Origin: an uncultured Fibrobacterales bacterium
GTDB lineage: Bacteria > Fibrobacterota > Fibrobacteria > Fibrobacterales > CAWVXU01
Reading direction: 5' to 3'
Assembly (NCBI GenBank): GCA_963934255.1
Contig: CAWVXU010000090.1
Span: 1 to 10,560 of the forward strand
Length of the DNA stretch: 10,560 nt
Part shown: positions 8,501-10,560 of the stretch, one piece after another
How positions within the stretch are numbered: the stretch's first letter is position 1
How the letters are laid out: each line of letters opens with the position of its first letter
Made by a program: the position numbers and the translations under genes
The notes under the pieces: generated by a model
Told to the model about the DNA's origin: nothing
What the model saw: the letters and a program-made list of their open reading frames with translations, nothing else
Database searches by the model: none

Positions 8501-10321
8501 GTGACTGGTGCATTTCGTGAAGACACTGTTGCTTTAAAATACCCTAGACTTGATACAACAAATTTCAAATTAGCACTTGATTCATTAGTGAATGCTTTCG
8601 ATATGGTGCTAGGTAGCCAGACAGAAATGAAGTCAATTAATTCAGTACTTACTAGTACAGGAACCGCACCATTGGTGATTTCGTCGGTCTATACCTTACA
8701 AGATCAATCTACATGGCTTAGTTATAAGCTAAATTGGAAAGACACTACGGGTACACTTTTATCTGTTTATGTTGAATCAAAAACAGATAGCTCTCGATTT
8801 AAGCCTGCAGTTGCAATTACTCTAAATCAATTTCAAGATTTAACGATGCAGTTTAGTGTTGATGTGAGTCAGCTTGTGGGCGATTCTATTCTTGTTGATA
8901 CGATTTACCTTCAGACAAATGATTTCTTTAATCCACTTTTGAAAATACCCATTAGATTAGTTTATAATGATTACCCGAAAGTTAAAGTCTACTATGAGCC
9001 GACACACGAAGAAGATACTCTATATACTCGTGATTCATTAATCCAATCTATTCCGCTTAATGGTCGTTTGATATTTGCATTTACTGAACCTGTAATGGAA
9101 TCTAATATTCACCATCATATTAAAATATTTTCTGTTTTTGATAATTTATCTAGGGGGCTAAGTGAGGACTCACTGGTGAATTTTGTGAGTGAATTAGGTA
9201 ATCGAGTTTCTAGAATTGATTCTAAATATTCTAAATATTTTAAACGGATATATTCAACATTAGCAAATGGTTCAAAATCAATTCAATACATTGATACCTT
9301 AGTTTTTACACCGAACTATATGACCGTGAGTGATTCATTTAAGGTCCGCCCACCTCCTGAGTCATTTATGATAGGTGATAGAATACATGTTTGGATAAGT
9401 AATGAAATAAGAGATTCCACCGGGAACCAATTAGATCTTTCTTGGGCTGCGCCTGCGCCTTCCGATTTGTTAAAAGATTCATTAATATCTACGAGTATTG
9501 ATGCAAGTACCTTTCAAGTGAAACAAGATAATTTATTTCCTCAGCCCGGCGGTAGTTTAGCGCCAGACGCTCCTATCAGGATACCATTTGATAGTCGCTT
9601 AGTTGAATACAATGTATTTAACTCTGACAGTATTTTTTCACTTGATTTCAATAGAATGGGTTCAGGTAATCGGACAGTACGTTTGACATCCAAGCGCTCA
9701 CAGTGGGATGTTGTACAACTAAAATCAATACAGCTTGAAAACAATGATTCAACTATTGTTGTGTATCCAAAGAGGAATTTCTACTCTAATGATAGTATTC
9801 GAATTCAAGTTTTTTCCAATTTATCAGATTGGAAAGGTCGTACTCTTGACGGGGATTTTGATTCAACCTATAGCTATTTGTTCTGGTGCTATGATACGCC
9901 GAATCGCACTTTAAATTCACTTTGTAATCAGGGGCTCGGATTAGATACAGTGGATCAATTTGATTGGAAAATTGCAATTTCGGATGAAGGCTTTTATTCT
10001 TTTCCAAACCCTTATAGACATTACCGTTCTGATCATAGAAAAAACGGTGGAATTGTCTTTAAAAACTTACACAAAATTAAGGGTCTCAAGATTGGTGAAC
10101 CTTTACATGTGAGAGTATTTACCTTAAATGGTGAGTTGATTCATAGCTCCAAACGACTGAAAAAATCTGTTGTATTTGAGGATGGTAAGCTCAGTTCTCC
10201 TGAATATATATGGAATGCTAGGAATAATCATGGAAAGTTAGTTGCGACAGGGCTTTACCTTTATGCTATAGAGTCCGATAATAAAGTAGTGCAGAAGGGG
10301 AAAGTTGCGGTCATACGCTAA
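5585..10321 (+). CDS. Large (1578 aa) secreted multidomain beta-rich surface protein with Ig-like domains and a C-terminal T9SS type-A/FlgD-Ig-like sorting domain; function unknown
   Basis: Uninterrupted 4.7-kb ORF, AAGGAG RBS at 5574-5579, ATGA overlap with fliJ. Signal-peptide-like N-terminus (MIFLRLCNFLIILVMINFFATKGFA/G). Big_5-like motifs (FTEPV...IRDSTGNQL; FPQPG...IRIPFD...LSDWKGRTLDG). C-terminal FPNPY...VRVFTLNGELI...WNARNNHGKLVATGLYLYAI...GKVAVIR-stop. The CDS is secure; the domain calls are by eye. Confidence 0.85.
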   Translation: MIFLRLCNFLIILVMINFFATKGFAGERIIVDFAADFSGTTADSLFVSNEWGGILRIDTVGTVYSPIIDTTISSSIVNGGLSANSYIQTGADNSFWVAWMSWEDMHIGSNADIGEADAIYINNYVLDGLDSDIQSNIGLIAKDDDGRTDSPPNSFSMVADDDGNYVAYWGSWVGGYVKHASSKHRNHLAKWPTSFEIDTVGVVSRGGEPTFDLMVGSDLADTSLIQTVVAHVLQENSNSIGIRVEIPEGDTLFGPDTVLTINSKPPRSPIVKVAQNGTILLAWQEGDLVGGPFYGEIYLSAYTDSLTPIAGMQKILVTTNTLGRGRTFSHLIMKTFDVVAVDDDLFTITYGDGNTVFARTINTANQTLGAVQTITPGCNSCFYPTLTMSPDSSRLAISYFGNYKKTAADTAAQISLFQMTGSPRIMDLASQTDFDLSTRQINYSHNYGKRVHYYGNVNAGVDNLGNILSTYNYEDQSWVTAWSNVDFYHDTANYRSGDLVIPAGFLAEPYDPTKDSIEWASSFIGIDTNISVDYRFSSDGIFSDDSVLLNAAQEFPVGTKTNGNHYQYHVQMRSSDRDRVSPRIDSMVLKWNVRPRDILIDSIRIGMKPFAVFNPDSLYRVINRLDTVRIKILGFDYDNPEELNLTHSEDAKLIGNFPINQSVGLLPAGWFRHEIVYTPLDTIADSFNIILNWSDSLGWASKKDSVHLQYYNIAPEDSVFVTYPKGGSQGDSSSQVDPMGFYRIQMGDSVLIRIVALDSNDTHVKIEVKDSDSLILFRDTLNVVDSVEVKIPHDPIDTLPMVELGPKEIDLTIDTVYVISRDGNIETRTQIILVPNHIPWIDSIKNVAYMDSPSNYKDTLIYQNLDIYSDRGLTVIPFVPNKIVAFDRDPDEINFDSSYVEWYLLEVDSTGACCLSWPEPISRGDTLILGTEALYGDTLEIIMGADKLQVVGRDNLTDWYQRHHRLRMVTYDVTGAFREDTVALKYPRLDTTNFKLALDSLVNAFDMVLGSQTEMKSINSVLTSTGTAPLVISSVYTLQDQSTWLSYKLNWKDTTGTLLSVYVESKTDSSRFKPAVAITLNQFQDLTMQFSVDVSQLVGDSILVDTIYLQTNDFFNPLLKIPIRLVYNDYPKVKVYYEPTHEEDTLYTRDSLIQSIPLNGRLIFAFTEPVMESNIHHHIKIFSVFDNLSRGLSEDSLVNFVSELGNRVSRIDSKYSKYFKRIYSTLANGSKSIQYIDTLVFTPNYMTVSDSFKVRPPPESFMIGDRIHVWISNEIRDSTGNQLDLSWAAPAPSDLLKDSLISTSIDASTFQVKQDNLFPQPGGSLAPDAPIRIPFDSRLVEYNVFNSDSIFSLDFNRMGSGNRTVRLTSKRSQWDVVQLKSIQLENNDSTIVVYPKRNFYSNDSIRIQVFSNLSDWKGRTLDGDFDSTYSYLFWCYDTPNRTLNSLCNQGLGLDTVDQFDWKIAISDEGFYSFPNPYRHYRSDHRKNGGIVFKNLHKIKGLKIGEPLHVRVFTLNGELIHSSKRLKKSVVFEDGKLSSPEYIWNARNNHGKLVATGLYLYAIESDNKVVQKGKVAVIR

Positions 10322-10335
10322 TTTAGGAGTAAATC

Positions 10336-10560
10336 ATGAGTGATGAAAATAAAGATGAAAATAAAGATGAAAAGATAAGAAATGATGTGCCCGCCTCTGA
10401 TGCTCTAGCCGAAAAAGCTGACCCTGAAGCCATGCCCGCGCCCGATGCCCAGTCCGAAAACGTCGATCTCGAAACTACGTCCGCTCCTAACGCTGACCCC
10501 GAAGCTACGCTCGATCCTGATGCCCAGGCCGCAAACTCCGATTCCGAAGCTACGCTCGTT
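10336..10560 (+). CDS. Partial ORF (first 75 codons, runs off the window): acidic low-complexity N-terminus, product unknown
   Basis: AGGAG RBS at 10325-10329, ATG at 10336, 14 nt after the previous stop, open to the window end: MSDENKDENKDEKIRNDVPASDALAEKADPEAMPAPDAQSENVDLETTSAPNADPEATLDPDAQAANSDSEATLV. Absent from the ORF track, presumably because it has no stop in the window. Confidence 0.8.
   Translation, partial: MSDENKDENKDEKIRNDVPASDALAEKADPEAMPAPDAQSENVDLETTSAPNADPEATLDPDAQAANSDSEATLV
10342..10377 (+). repeat. 12-bp coding tandem repeat, 3 copies (DENK-DENK-DEKI)
   Basis: GATGAAAATAAA GATGAAAATAAA GATGAAAAGATA. Confidence 0.85.
10387..10560 (+). repeat. Degenerate 45-bp (15-aa) coding tandem repeat, at least 4 units, probably continuing beyond the window
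   Basis: Units: 10387-10431 VPASDALAEKADPEA; 10432-10476 MPAPDAQSENVDLET; 10477-10506 TSAP-----NADPEA (15-bp in-frame deletion); 10507-10551 TLDPDAQAANSDSEA; 10552- TLV. CCGAAGCTACGCTCG recurs exactly 45 bp apart (10499 and 10544). Confidence 0.8.

Noticed and set aside
9221..9238. TCTAAATAT x2 (SKYSKY) micro-duplication
   Set aside because: Two copies of an AT-rich 9-mer in frame; at most a trivial slippage event.
9541..10007. 67-aa and 73-aa minus-strand ORFs
   Set aside because: Short, antisense within the 1578-aa gene, no motifs.
9992..10321. Calling the giant gene flgD because of its FlgD-Ig-like tail and flagellar context
   Set aside because: True FlgD is a small T3SS-exported hook cap with an N-terminal FLxLLxxQLxxQDP motif. 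This protein has a Sec-type signal, lacks that motif, and has the PNP-containing sorting-domain version of the fold.
10387..10560. CRISPR array or mobile-element end
   Set aside because: Units are degenerate, contiguous, multiples of 3 and in frame, with no unique spacers, terminal inverted repeats, cas genes or transposase visible.

Overview
Low-GC bacterial DNA, all real genes on the + strand. A near-consensus sigma54 (-24/-12) promoter (241-257), preceded by three copies of a GG-N9-CC dyad that look like enhancer-binding-protein sites, sits in front of a flagellar basal-body/export operon fliF-fliG-fliH-fliI-fliJ. Overlapping the fliJ stop codon (ATGA) is a 1578-aa gene that is not a recognisable flagellar component. 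It has a signal peptide, a probable beta-propeller, several cadherin/Ig-like modules, two SbsA/Big_5-like Ig domains and a basic C-terminal domain resembling a T9SS type-A/FlgD-Ig sorting domain, and it is very rich in D-(S/T)-hydrophobic motifs matching the Bacteroidota O-glycosylation sequon. A further ORF missing from the ORF track starts at 10336 and runs off the window; it begins with an acidic, GC-rich 45-bp tandem-repeat region. Flagella plus a T9SS-like cargo suggests a flagellated member of the FCB group (e.g. Fibrobacterota-like); this is inference. All domain calls are by-eye motif recognition, not database searches.
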